DNA from: Camelus dromedarius
Lineage: Eukaryota
DNA length: 64,000 nt
Assembly: GCF_036321535.1 (NCBI RefSeq)
Contig: NC_087436.1
Coordinates: 61,692,001-61,756,000, forward strand
Direction: 5' to 3'
Within the stretch, counting starts at the first letter, position 1, and every line of letters begins with the position of its first letter. The position numbers and the translations under genes are program-made. The notes under the pieces are model-generated. The model had not been told where the DNA came from and ran no database searches. It worked only from the letters and a program-made list of their open reading frames with translations. Positions 52,105 through 64,000 of this stretch are shown in pieces.

Positions 52105-52950
52105 AACTCAGCCATAAAAAGTGTGAAATCTTGCCATTTGTGTCAACATGGATATACCTAGTGGGTATAATGCTGAATGAAATAAGTCAGACAGAGAAAG
52201 ACAGATACCATATTATCTTACTTATATGTGGAATCTAAACAATAAAACAAATGTACAAACATAACTAAACAGAAACAGAGTTGCAGATACAGAGAATAAG
52301 CAGGTGGTTGCCAGAGGGGCTGGGGGAGAAGGGAGAGGAAGGAAATAGGTGAGAGACAGGAAAAGGTATAAACTTCCAGTTGCAAAATAAATGAGTCATG
52401 GGTATGAAATACACAGGGTGGAGAATGAAGTCAATAACTAACTGTGTAATATCTTTGTATGGTGACATATCATAACTGGACTGACTGTGGTGATCATTTT
52501 GAAATGTATAGAAATACCAAATCACTGTTGTATAACAGGAACTAACACAATTCTGTAGGTCATTTATACTTCAAAAACCAACAAACGAACTCATGTGAAA
52601 GAGATCAGACTTGTGATGGATCAGAGGTAAGGGAGTAGGAGAAGAGGGATTAGATGAAAGAAGTCAAAAGGAACAAACTTCCAGTTACAAGACAAGTAAG
52701 TGCTAGGGAGGTAATGTACAACATGATAAATATGATTAACAGTGCTGTATGTTATATATAAAAGCTTTAAGAGAGTAAATACTGTGTTATCATCACAAAA
52801 ACTTTTTCCTATTTCTTTAATTCTGTATCTATATGAGATGATAGATGTTCTCTAAACTGTATATGTAAGTCAAATCACTGTGCTGTACACCTTAAAACTT
52901 ACACAGTACTGTATGTCAATTATACCTCAGTATAATTGCAAAGAAAAAAA
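52105..52950 (+). mobile_element. L1 3' end (ORF2 C-terminus, 3'UTR, A tail), 5'-truncated
   Basis: EILPFVSTWIYLVGIMLNEISQTEKDRYHIILLICGI* (~52126-52239); 3'UTR ends TGTATGTCAATTATACCTCAGTATAA..AAAGAAAAAAA. Confidence 0.93.
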
Positions 52951-53699
52951 AGCATACTTTGGAAAAATTGAAGTGACAAATTAGAAAAGGGAAAATGCTG
53001 TAGAACATTAAAGGGCAGAAACAGTGGCTTTAATATCAAGTCAAAGAAAATTGTAGTAGGGCAGACCAGCATCTCCCTCCACTATATTGCAAGCATGGAT
53101 TTCCAAAACTAATTAAAGGAATCTCGTAACTTTCATTTGGCTGCATTCAGTTGAAGGTAACTGAGAAAATAGGCTATCTTTATTGTCTCATACTTTCTTC
53201 CTTGGATGGCTTTTCACATTTCTTCCTTCAGTGTCAGTATGCCTAATTCATGAAACAGAGGTCATATTTAAAGGGAAAGTGGTCAGTGTAGAGGGAGGCA
53301 GGTTTTCTCATGGTATCATCTTGCCAAACATTTAAGCTTCTGTTTTGTTCTGCTCCTCATCACCACAATTTTAGAAGCCCAATATCAGTAGTTTCTCTTT
53401 GGATCTATCAGATCAAAGTCTGAGCTTGTTGGGACACTAGCATGTCTCAGGACCTTCTATGTGTGACCCAACTTAGGAGATCCTTTGTCATATATTATGG
53501 CAAATGTTTGGATGGAGATGGTTTCTGTTAATTTGAGAAGGCTACGCTGTCAGAATTAGATTGTGAGCTTCCTGATGTTTTTACAGCTCTACCGGCAGAA
53601 ATGAAGACTGGCAATAATTTATTTGTTGTATGCTGTCTTTTGTTGAGTATCTCCTGTGTATGTGTCATGGCATGAAAACCATTAAATATACTATCTTTT

Positions 53700-53845
53700 C
53701 AAATTTTCCTTACAATTTTACAATGTAGATAATGTCCTTTTGCAAATGAGGAAGCTGAGACTCAGAGTCTCACCCAAAGTTACACAAATAGTACACAGTG
53801 AAACCAGGGTTTAAACCCATGTTTGGATGATGCCAACGTTTTTGA
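53700..53845 (-). mobile_element. MIR SINE
   Basis: TTTTGCAAATGAGGAAGCTGAGACTCAGAG..CCCAAAGTTACACA..CCAGGGTTTAAACCCA. Confidence 0.8.
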
Positions 53846-55982
53846 ATGTTTATTCTGCTTATTCTGCCATTTAGGATATCTTTTCTGTCAATCACCAAAA
53901 TTAAGACAAAAAATCAAATACTTCCAGGAAAGTGTTACCGGTTTCCTTGAAATAAGCATCTCTTTTCTACATTTCTGATGAAAGTATGCCACCAAATAAA
54001 CAAACAAACCCTTCACTGGTATGCAGGCAAAAACAGTTATTGATTGAGAGTAGAAAATAGAGTAGGTAGATTTAGCTGTAGATTCAGCTAACAACATTTA
54101 GTATGTTTGCTATTAAGAACTTAGAAATCTAATCTCAATAATTGAAAACAGTCTTTTCACAGAAAGAGTCTTGGTAAGATGGCAGCATACTGGCGTGAGA
54201 GAGTTGGCATTTACAGCAACCACATGAAAAAGAGGGTGGTAAAAGTGAAAAAAGCAGAGAAAACATTTCAGAGTATTCCTGTATCTTGTTTCATGAAAGA
54301 AAGCACTGTTCATCACACCAACAAAACATTTTTAATTAGGGGTCTGTTAATCTTCAGTATTCACTAATTTATGAATCATTCCAAATTGCATTTAGATATA
54401 AATAAACTGAATCCTCTCAGACTTTGAATCCTCTCAAGTGTCTCAAGCATGATGAAGACTACCCTTAGATGTTGCTACTTGTATCTAAGGCAGATTAAAG
54501 ATTCCACTGCATTTTTAATCCATAATTGATTCTAATTTTGACTTTCACATATTCTCAGAAGAGTTATGACTGCCTTCTGATGTACCAAGTCTGGTGATTT
54601 GATCAACTAGTTCCACAAAATGTATGAAAAGCAGGAGGTAGACTGCTCCATGCCACGCCCCAGGAGCAATTTGCATCATGTTTGAGGCTACCTGACTCCA
54701 CCAGTGAACGAGATACTCAAAAAAGATTTCTCAGTGTTTGACATTTCAAAAACTTAGAACAGCTGAAGGCTGGAATGTCATTAACCGATGAGATTTGTTC
54801 AAGTTACTTCATTCCTCCTACTCTACCTAGTTTAATTGGTGTGTCAGTCTGTGGATCCATCCTGTGATAAAAGGCCAAATATCTACTGATTCTCCCAGCC
54901 TGACTGGTGAGTTTTAAGGGCCTCTGGAGCTGCTTGTAGACAATGAGACCATTCAGTGAACCTTGCCATTGAAGTTGACGAAGAAGCAGACTGAGTGCTG
55001 GGAAGAGTATTTCCACGTGCATTTTTCTGGTTGTCGGATGCATTATCAAAAGAGAATCAGAAGAGTTGTGGGCAACTGGCTTATGTAATGCCTTTTTTTT
55101 TCTTTTCTTTCCTTTTTTCCCTCCTTTTAACAATAGAGTAATTAAATGTCACAATAAAATCCAAACTTTCTTGGATAAGGCAAGATTTTACTTTGTGAAA
55201 TGGGTAAGAAGGTTTTGAAAGAAAAAAATACAATTCTGGAGGAAATATTTAATATCTTGAAATCAGGTTTTTCTTTTCTGTTCCTGTTTCTGTTTTACTT
55301 TGGCTGGGCTAACACTCTCCCAGCCAATATACCCTCCCTATTATGTGTGTTCTGCAGTATCTTCTGTTGAATCTGACACGGCCTGGTAAACTGTTTGACC
55401 CATCATATCTGCCACAAGATGTTCAAATGATTGGGTTGGACTATTAAAAAGAATCAAAAGAAGTATATAAAGTGAGATGTTAAATAGGCCTTTAATCATG
55501 GTAGGAAGCACATTTCTTGTCCAGAGAGTGGACAGAAGGTAAAGAGAACAGGGGTTTCTAGAAGCATTATGAAAGGCATCAGAAATATCTCTGCACCCCG
55601 GGCTAGTAGAATAAGTAGTTGGAATCTGTCATGAATTCAGGTGATTGGCGAAAAGGATGAACATGTGTCAGTGAAAGACACTGAGATTGCATCATCACAG
55701 GGGCAGCATCACAGTGCTTTGAAGTAGTTCTGATTCAGTCTCCCCTCCCACTTCCAGAAACTCATCTTCCTACAAAGTAAAGAATGTGAACATAGTTGTA
55801 CACAGCATCTTCCTTTTCAGAAAGTTAACTATTATTTTTCCAACTAAGCTATATCTTGATGCCTTTCAATCCTCATATTCTAATACTCCTTTTACATTTC
55901 TTACTTTCCAGTCAAAACAAATCGATTGCCACCTGAACACATTTTCTATTTCTATGTCTTATGCTGTTCTGTCAGCTGGTAT

Positions 55983-56635
55983 TGTCAGAGCAGGCAGATA
56001 GCTAGATATGAGCAGAGAAAGGGGGACACAGACCAAATGGCAGGAATTGGGCAGAAAGGTGGGGCACAAGCCAAATGCAGGAAACCACACATCATGTAAG
56101 CAGCAGGCGTCCTTGGGCAGAGAAAGAAAAGCAGGAAACTTGGGGCTGATAAGGGATCATGCCTTTTGGGATGACAAGTGGTCTAGAGAAGAACAAAGAA
56201 AGGTGAGAAAAGGCAGGAATTTCCAGTGTGCGAATGTAACCTTTTGCTCATTATGCCCTCATTTCAATAAAATTAGCCTTGCAGATCAGAAGTACCCATC
56301 ATACACCAACGCCATGACCCTTCTGATCCAGACTAAGTAAGGACAAAAATCGCTCCTCCCGTTGGGAAGGTGGAGTTGGGATGATAATCAGGGAATAGGA
56401 CCCCAAACCCTTCCCTCCCCAATGAATATTCCGCCCATCCATTTTTACACCCTATGTAGCCAACTTGCCAAGGAAACTCAAGGCAGCTGCTCACCTGAGC
56501 CTGCCTGCTCTCCCCTGAGAGTGTACTATTCATCCTTTAATAAATCCTCACTTTACCTTTTTTTAACCTCTAAGTCTTGTCTCTTGTCTCTGAATTCTTT
56601 CTGGGACAGGACAAGAACCTGAAACACCAGTTGCA
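55983..56635 (+). mobile_element. relatively young ERV1 solo LTR (MER41-group related)
   Basis: TG...CA termini with perfect 4-bp TSD GTAT (55979-55982 / 56636-56639); AATAAA at 56539-56544; TGAATTCTTTCTGGGAC..CAAGAACC U5-type end; ~37-bp tandem units in U3. Confidence 0.9.
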
Positions 56636-57004
56636 GTATGACCTTTCTTCCATCTTATTCCATCCATCAGACCCTGGCCACTGTGCTGCCTCTTTTCTGA
56701 AAACTTTTCTGAAACCTTTTCTGGTATGCCCAGCCAAAAGAAATCCCTCCCTCCCTTGAATTCTTCTGTTTCATTTTTATCTCTCTGATGGAATTCATGT
56801 AGAAAAATCTTGAGTGTGCCATCCTTAATATGAAACTATATTTTAATAATCTAGTTAAAGTTTCTATCTTGTAAATAGAAAACAATATAAGAATAAAGAA
56901 TGAAGGTTTTCCATCTTTATTTTTATATATACTTTATTTTGAAAATTACATAATATTCTGAAATGAGTGTTTGTATAGTAATGAAATAAGAAGAAATAAG
57001 AAGT

Positions 57005-57170
57005 TGTTTATTGAGATGTATGTCGTTAGCTTATACCATGCAAGATAGGTATTATTATCTCAGCTTACATATAATAAAACCAAAGTTTATGAATAGTAAG
57101 TGACTTACTAAAGGGCACGTAGCTAATAAATATAGCCAATAATCCCAAAGCCTGGCCTTAAAAATGGCAA
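57005..57170 (-). mobile_element. MIR SINE
   Basis: AGATAGGTATTATTATCTC..TAAGTGACTTACTAAAGGGCAC.TAGCTAATAA. Confidence 0.6.
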
Positions 57171-57344
57171 TCTTTAACAAAAAGAATCTCAGTAAGAGAT
57201 GAAGACAAGGCATCTACTGAGGAAGAGATCTTTCTGCTTCGTTGCTTTATTCATTCATACATGTGTTAGACAAATTTTTTGAGCCCCATATTAGGCACTG
57301 TTCTGGACTAGAATGCTGCAGTGAACAAATATATTTGGTCACAA

Positions 57345-57637
57345 AAGAATTGCTGAATCTCTAGCCATCACATATACATTCTAGGCAAAATGAAGGGAAA
57401 AAGGAAAAGACATATCCTGCCTTTTAAAGGAGTTTTGCTGGAAGTCATTTTTAAATCTTTTTCTTGTAGCTTACTGGCCAGTACTTAATCACACGGCCAC
57501 CCTCACCTGCAAGACAGGCTGAGGAATGGAGTTTTCAGTTGTGTACATTAATATTGCTACATTATGTATTTAGGGTTATACTTGTAGAGAAAAAATGTAC
57601 AATGGCTGTTCAGTAAGCAGCTAGCTGTCTCTGACAC
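57345..57637 (-). mobile_element. MLT1J-like LTR fragment
   Basis: TACTGGCCAGTACTTAATCACACGGCCACCCTCACCTGCAAG.CAGGCTGAGGAATG; ends GCTAGCTGTCTCTGACAC. Confidence 0.75.
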
Positions 57638-60600
57638 TCCTCTCCAAAAACATTATACACAAAATAACTAGAGTGATTGGTTAGTACTATCTGACTGTTA
57701 AGTGATTTAGCCCCGTATCTAAGGATTTCTAACTCATAGTGGGGATACCTATCCTACTTTCTGTTCTATGTCCTGTTTTAGTCACCTTCAAGCATCATAG
57801 TTTTATAAACAAGAGCATGGCTATTCTGTTTTGCTCACGACTCCTTTTTTGTCCCAAATAAGTCATACGTATTTCTATATAGTCAAAGACAAACCAAGAT
57901 GTCAGCACAGATACATAAGAGACAGCTTGGGTATATAGGAGAAAGGGGACTAAAAGAAAAAGAAAACAATGCAAATAACACACAAATGAAAAGGGTCTAT
58001 TTAGTTAAATTTAAATACTATTCAAAGCATCGGAAGTATTTCTATTTAATTTTTCAAATCATTAAAGAATTAGAAAAGGACTTTGTAATCACTATAATTA
58101 ATTTATTCATTCTTTTCAAAGAAGGTGATAAAGGATTGCTCCCATTTCCTGAATTACTCATTATTTTAGGGAACAGTTTTTACTTAGACAAATGGCAAGA
58201 ATGAAAAAAAAGTTATCTTCAAAAGTGATTGTCATAATAGCAGTATAGAGAACAGGGAATCAGAAGGTATTGAATGTCTTTTGGATGTTTGAGATATACT
58301 ATCTCTCTGCAGTTGTTTCACTTCGTTTTGAGGAAATAGCTAGAAGATCACAGGTTTAAAAGAAAAGATTTAGGAAGAAAAAAAATGAACAAATAGACAA
58401 GATTTATTGATCATTAACAGCCAGCTATAGTTTATATTGTCCATTTTAAAATAGATTTAATTAAGCTGGTGGAGCAGTGTTCTTCAGGCCTTGCTAATTA
58501 AGTAATAAAGTCCCCATCACTCCTAATTGTCTTGAACAGAGACAATTACTACAAAAATGAAACAGTTGCTGCTAAAGGGAAATCCAGTATTTCTTAAAAA
58601 TAGCAAAAATTGGACAATGTGAACAAATTTGTATAAATCACATGGAATTGCTACCTAATCTGATTTAAGTTTGGTCAAAAAATATGAAACATCGAGATGG
58701 AAAGAAGCAATTTAAGAAGAATCATCAGAATCAGTATATAAATGTGTGCATATATATGAAGTATACTCATATAACCATATTTATATGACTTTTATAATCA
58801 AATACTTATTAATTATTTAATTAAAGCCCCCATTTCAAACCAAAAATACGATATCGGTTGACTTCTGAACAGATATAAAGAGACTAAATTCAGGTAAATA
58901 AGAAGTAATTGTGACAAAAAATTTAAAAGCAAATAAATTGAACTAAATATGGCTATTAATAAATACTTGATGAATATCTATGTTCTTGATAGCCGTTGGT
59001 GACAAATCTGCTTCTTCTAGACAATATAAAGAAGGAAATCTAGTAAGTCACATAATTCACCCATAAATTTAAGAGCAATTCAGTATCTTAGGAAAGACAC
59101 AACTATAATTAATCTTAAAATCAAATGTGAATTTGTTTTTGAGGGTTCTAGTATATAAGCATGTATTATGTGTAACAAACTGAATAATATGCCCATCAAC
59201 ATACTTTTAGAATGTCTTGGAATTGTCTCAACATCTTTTAATATCACATTAAAGTACAATTCAGTAATCTAGAGTTATTTCAATGTCTGTGTATCAGTTT
59301 TCCACATATTTAGTTTAAATCTAGGGTTATCTTTTAGACTGTGGAATTAATAAACTACACCTACTAATGGCAATCCACCCACAGATAATGGTCCTCTCAG
59401 TCTATTTATGTCATCATAGATAGTTGACAATAGAAAAAGGGTATCGGTGGTCTATAAGCTGACCCTACTATTCATTAGTAATAAACAAATTAATAGATTT
59501 TTATTTGCATTGGTAAGTTTATTTACATCTTAATGTTTTGTTTACGGACTTCTTAAAGATTCTTATTCAATAATGAAATAAATGACCTGATGACTAGCCT
59601 TTGGAGAGGAAAGAGTGAGAAAAATCACACTTTTATTAGCTTCCAAAGACAGAACATCAGCTAAGTTTTACAACTTTTTGTATGTAGAATAAAAATTCAG
59701 GTACAGCTTACGAATTTTCTTATTGTTAATAGATATTAGCAGTTGTACAAAATAAGGCCACAATGGAAGTCTGGAAAATAAATGAATGAATGATTTTTTA
59801 TTTTTGTTGATAGTATAAAAAAGTCATGAATGTACTGTGTTAGTCCATCAGGCTTCAGAGTGATGATAGAGGCTACTTATAAAAGTTGTCCTGCATTTAC
59901 TCTGCTAGACTCCTGTCGTTCCTACCCTCTCAATCAGCAATTCTTAAGACAATAGTTCTTTGACATTACAAAACCAGTTCATTGGCTTCTAGATCTATCT
60001 TCATTCTGTCAGTCATCTCTGTATTAACTTTCTTCCCATCCCAGCTTAGCTATAGTGTTCTCACACTTTCAATACTCTTCTGCTGCTATCTTTAACTACC
60101 TTGCTTCATTCTCTTACTAGTATGTGAACAACCTGAGTTGAAACAAATTACAAGTCAAGAAAGATGGTCTAGATATCAAATAAGTAAAATTAGGAATTTT
60201 TATTGATCAAGTTATTTCAAACAGATTCTATGGATAAACGAAGTCCTTGTTATGCATCTGTTTACCTAGCACTTACATTGATCAGTCAGTCTGGATTAGT
60301 GTTGCTAAGGATATGCTAGGAGGAGCCTACACATAACATAAACTTTGAACATGAACAGAACTAGTTATTCCTTGAGCTCATCCATCCAAGAGAACTGAGA
60401 AAAGGAAACAGCAAAGATGAGTATGGGGTAAAAAAAACCCTAAATATCCTTTGTAATCATGTATTACTCTCAGAAATATATAACTTAATGTTTTATAAAG
60501 ATTTGTACTAGTTGCAGTGATAGAAATGTAATCCTAATTGTTAAGGGTAATTTTGGCATTCTTATAATTGAAAATTTCATGGAGAGAATTAAATTCTGGT

Positions 60601-61669
60601 ATTTCTGTATACAGATGCTCAAACATCAAGAACCTGTCTGGCTCTAAATCTTGTTTTCCTTGGCTTTGGATTCTTTCTCATGCAGACTGTTTCCATGCAG
60701 TTGCCATTATGGCTCTAAACAGCCTCAAGATTCTCCTCAACAAGCTTGGCAATTCCAGTGTGTTTATAGTGTCTTTGAAGAACAGCACTTTCTAAATAAT
60801 TTCTATAAAACTCCCACAGTTCAGTCTTACTGCTCTGATGTAGGTTACATTTACATTCTTTAATCAATCACCATGACAAGAAGAATGATGTTGCAAACTG
60901 AACTAAACCAATTTGATCATGTGCAACTATTAGATTCCTTTTGGTGAACATTAATAGCCTTCAACAGTTAGAGGCGAGTGATGGTTGTTGGTTCTCCCCC
61001 CAACAACTTCATACCAGGTATCACTGGAAACGAGTCTGGAATAGAATCCTGACACAAATACAAAAAGACACAATGTTCTCAGACAAACTGTTTTGGCTTC
61101 ATGAAAGCCCCAGCTTTATTTTTGGTGCTTCAATTGTGACAATCATCTGGTGGCAAGATTCAACACGCATTACTGATGGGAGTCAGGCAAGCAAAAATCT
61201 TCTGGATACACATAGGACCATTTAGGAATCAAGGTGAGAGTAGCATTTCTAAGGACAAGTTTGCTCTGCTTGCTTGATTTTTATGACCTGTTTGTTCAAG
61301 GGCAGGAATGTCTCTAAAGTACTTCTACTGAAATCCATACATCTTGAAAACAACTAATTCACTAATGAAAACCTATCTCTAATATTCATGATGTTTACTA
61401 ACCAGCCAATAATTTTAACTGTAAAAATTCAATTCTAGTAGGCAATGATGCTAATTAATAAAATTCTGGAGTTGATTGAAATTAAAGATTGTTGGAATGC
61501 TATCATCAGCTGCCTTGGAATTAGGCTTTTGGAATAAAAATCTAGCTAATTATATTTTGGAATCTGCATTCCAGATTAGGGCAAGTTAATCACTCTTATG
61601 AGTAGATTAAAACTAATACATCCACACATTTGTATCTCACTGTCTGTAGTGTATTTTAATATCAATTAC

Positions 61670-62500
61670 AGACCAGGTAACATTTCACTTCTAAATATTT
61701 CAGAATGCTTCTCTAAAAATATCTTCTTCCATAGCCAAAATAATAGGATAACACCTAATGAAGTGCATTAAAATTTCTTAGTATCAGTTAATACCGCATC
61801 CATATTCAAATTTCCCTAATTACTTTAACATATTCTTTCCTGATTATCTGTCTTAACTAAGATCTCCCCATCACAAATTTTATGTCCCTTTAGGTTTTCT
61901 CTTCTTTAATAGCACCTTTTTGTGAAGAAACTCTCATGAACTGACTGTTGGTTGTCCTAGAAACTGTTCCATCTCCACCATCCAGATCTGGCCGGTCATT
62001 CTTATAGTATTGGTTATCTTCTTCCCTATAATGCTTGTAATTCCCTTAAATTACAAGTTAAATTTAAAAGTTCAATTAAATTTAAATATTTTTAGCAAAA
62101 AGATATTATATGTGATATTGTATACCTTATGAAGACTCCCTTTTGGTGTCATTATAAACTCATGGCTTTTTATAAATTTAATTTATGCAACTATAAATTT
62201 CTTTTCTTTTTTGATGCATAAATTATCACACTTTTGTCCCATTTCAAACTCTTCAATATGGCTCCTTGGCTCCTATGTCCTCATTGCATGACCTATTTAA
62301 TCTTTAAAAATAGCCTTGCTTTCTGACCTAGCAAGATGTTCTGAATTCAACTTGGATCATCTATGCTGTAGACATGAAGTCAGCCTTTTCTCCAAGAAGC
62401 TCTGGTTCTTGTAAATGATGGTAGAGACCAAAATCTGGGCACTAGAATTTGCATATCAGTTTTGCTGGTAGGATGGCATATATACCTATTCTAAAAAAAA
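61670..62500 (-). mobile_element. old L1 3' region (L1MC4/5-like)
   Basis: TTCACTTCTAAATATTTCAG, ATCCATATTCAAATTTCCC, CAGCCTTTTCTCCAAGAAGCTCTGGTTCTT..AGAGACCAAAATCTGGGCACTAG. Confidence 0.75.
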
Positions 62501-62789
62501 TTAAAGAACAGAACTTTTAGTTTTAAAACATCATTAAGAAACAGTTTTGTAATATTTGGAAGCAGAAATTTCAATTATCTTGAAAAGAAATTTTAGTATT
62601 TTATTCTAAATACCTAAAACTTTTTGTAGATTTGTTATTTCACCAATTCTCATTTTAAAATACAGTATACATGTATTTTTTACCTTGTTTCCAGAATGTT
62701 TCTTGTGAAAAAAATCCCAATCAATGTCTATTTTAGATTTTTTTTGAAAAGGGTAGGAATCAATTTGATCCTTGCATTAATTACTAACA

Positions 62790-63103
62790 TACTAAGGCCA
62801 GAATTACCTTTCTGATTCCCACCTTTGGTCAGGATAATTACCATTACATACACTACAGGGTGAAATTCACACTCTTCTCATGTCTTTCATAGCCCACTCT
62901 ACGAGTCTCATTTCTTGCCCTTTCCATTTTATTACCTTTACTATTGTCACAGCAAACTCCTTGAATCCTGTGGACATACTGCCCACCATCTTTCACAAAT
63001 TTATATTTATTCTGATTACTTCCAATGCCTAGAAGCTGTTTCTTTTTTTCCCCTTTCTCCTTTTCTCTTTTTCACTCTCTCCCAATCTCCTGATTCATCT
63101 ATA
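62790..63103 (+). mobile_element. L2 fragment
   Basis: ACTACAGGGTGAAATTCACACTCTT..; CTTCCAATGCCTAGAA. Confidence 0.55.
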
Positions 63104-63111
63104 ATATAGGG

Positions 63112-63336
63112 TAGTAGTTCTGAAAGTGTGGTCCATTTGTCAGCAACATTCGCATCACTTGAGAACTTGTCAGAAATGCAACATTAGCATCACTTGAGAA
63201 CTTGTCAGAAATGCACATTTTTAGGCCCTACCCCTGGCCTACTAAATAAAAAATTCTGAGAAAGGGACCTAGCAATCTGCATTTCTGACAAGTTCTCCAG
63301 GTGATTCTGATGAGAGCTGACACTTGAGAACCAGTA
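63112..63336 (+). mobile_element. MER5A (hAT-Charlie MITE) with internal 35-bp tandem duplication
   Basis: TAGTAGTTCTGAAAGTGTGGTCC...TTGAGAACCAGTA; 8-bp TSD ATATAGGG/ATATAAGG (63104-63111 / 63337-63344). Confidence 0.92.
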
Positions 63337-63489
63337 ATATAAGGTTACACAGACAACCCAGTCACAACTCCATAACCAAGTCTCAAGGAGAACATTGTTT
63401 TATGCCTTGTTTTCTAGAATTCAATAGCTGATTTAGTGATTGACAGTATATCTAGCATAAGTGACTGTCAACCTTGACTGTACTTCTGT

Positions 63490-63643
63490 ATTTCAGAAAT
63501 CACCTAGGATTTTTCTCTTTTTTTTGAACAAACATTGAAAGCTCATAGCCCCCAAGATTCTGGGCTGGGGTTCAGCCTGGGCATTGGGATTTTGAAAAGC
63601 TCCCTGAGTGATTCTAAGGTGCATCCAATTTTGAAAATCACTG
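63490..63643. mobile_element. MER5A1/MER5B fragment
   Basis: AATCACCTAGG..GCCTGGGCATTGGGATTTT.AAAAGCTCCC..GTGATTCTAAGGTGCA..TTGAAAATCACTG. Confidence 0.75.
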
Positions 63644-64000
63644 CTTTTTCAATTTCACCATCTCATAATTACATCAGAAGTGAGTGTTCATTGTTGCCTC
63701 CATGGATATCTCTGCTGTGACTGCTGCTTCTGCCATCCTCCTATCAAGACTTTGCACGCGAAGCTCCGAAGATGAAAGTTCTTTTGCAATCAACATGGAA
63801 TGCCCCTTTTAGATAAATGCATCATATTGAACCTCCTCAAAGTTTGCTGTTGCCTTGCAGATCTGGCCTATTGATGGCTGTCCTTTGACTAGGGCACTGG
63901 ACTGCAGGTCCAACCAGATGTGAACAAGGCAACAGTGTCAGCTATGTAACTATCACTCATTACCTTCAGTATGTAAGTTTATTTACATATTGAAGCTTCT

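Noticed and set aside
51183..56722. Short local duplications (CCTCCAGAACTC x2 near 51184, TGAATCCTCTCA x2 near 54408, TTTTCTGAAA-type x3 near 56693)
   Set aside because: Ordinary 10-13-bp slippage products with no sign of function.
63439..63472. TTGACAGT...ACTGTCAA inverted repeat as a pre-miRNA
   Set aside because: Stem of only 8-10 bp, too short for a miRNA hairpin, and no known mature sequence recognised.
988..63720. All short ORFs in the supplied track as protein-coding genes
   Set aside because: All are 127 aa or shorter, many use non-ATG starts, none resembles a protein I recognise, and many lie inside LTR, L1, L2 or simple repeats.

Overview
AT-rich, CpG-poor placental-mammal genomic DNA, probably camelid (alpaca, llama or camel), inferred from two tRNA-Ala(AGC)-derived Vic-1-type SINEs and no Alu, B1/B2, Bov-A/BovB, PRE or ERE elements that I could see. 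I find no supportable protein-coding gene, RNA gene or CpG island; the window reads as intergenic or deep intronic, and the short ORFs in the track are chance or repeat-derived. It is a mosaic of ancient repeats (L2, MIR, L3/CR1, MLT1/MLT2, MER5/MER20/MER47/MER58/MER81), old L1 fragments and several ERV solo LTRs, with a few repeat-free blocks that may be enhancers. I found no convincing new biological system. The most notable observations are: (1) a MER41-like solo LTR keeping a perfect STAT (GAS) site; (2) a ~200-bp foldback element built of internal ~28-bp subrepeats with a ~11-bp flanking direct repeat; (3) a long fossil hAT-Tip100/Zaphod-type transposase split by an MLT2 LTR; (4) a MER5A with a recent 35-bp duplication and apparently arm-converted perfect inverted repeats. 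Family names come from my recollection of consensus sequences, not a database search, and boundaries of old repeats are approximate.
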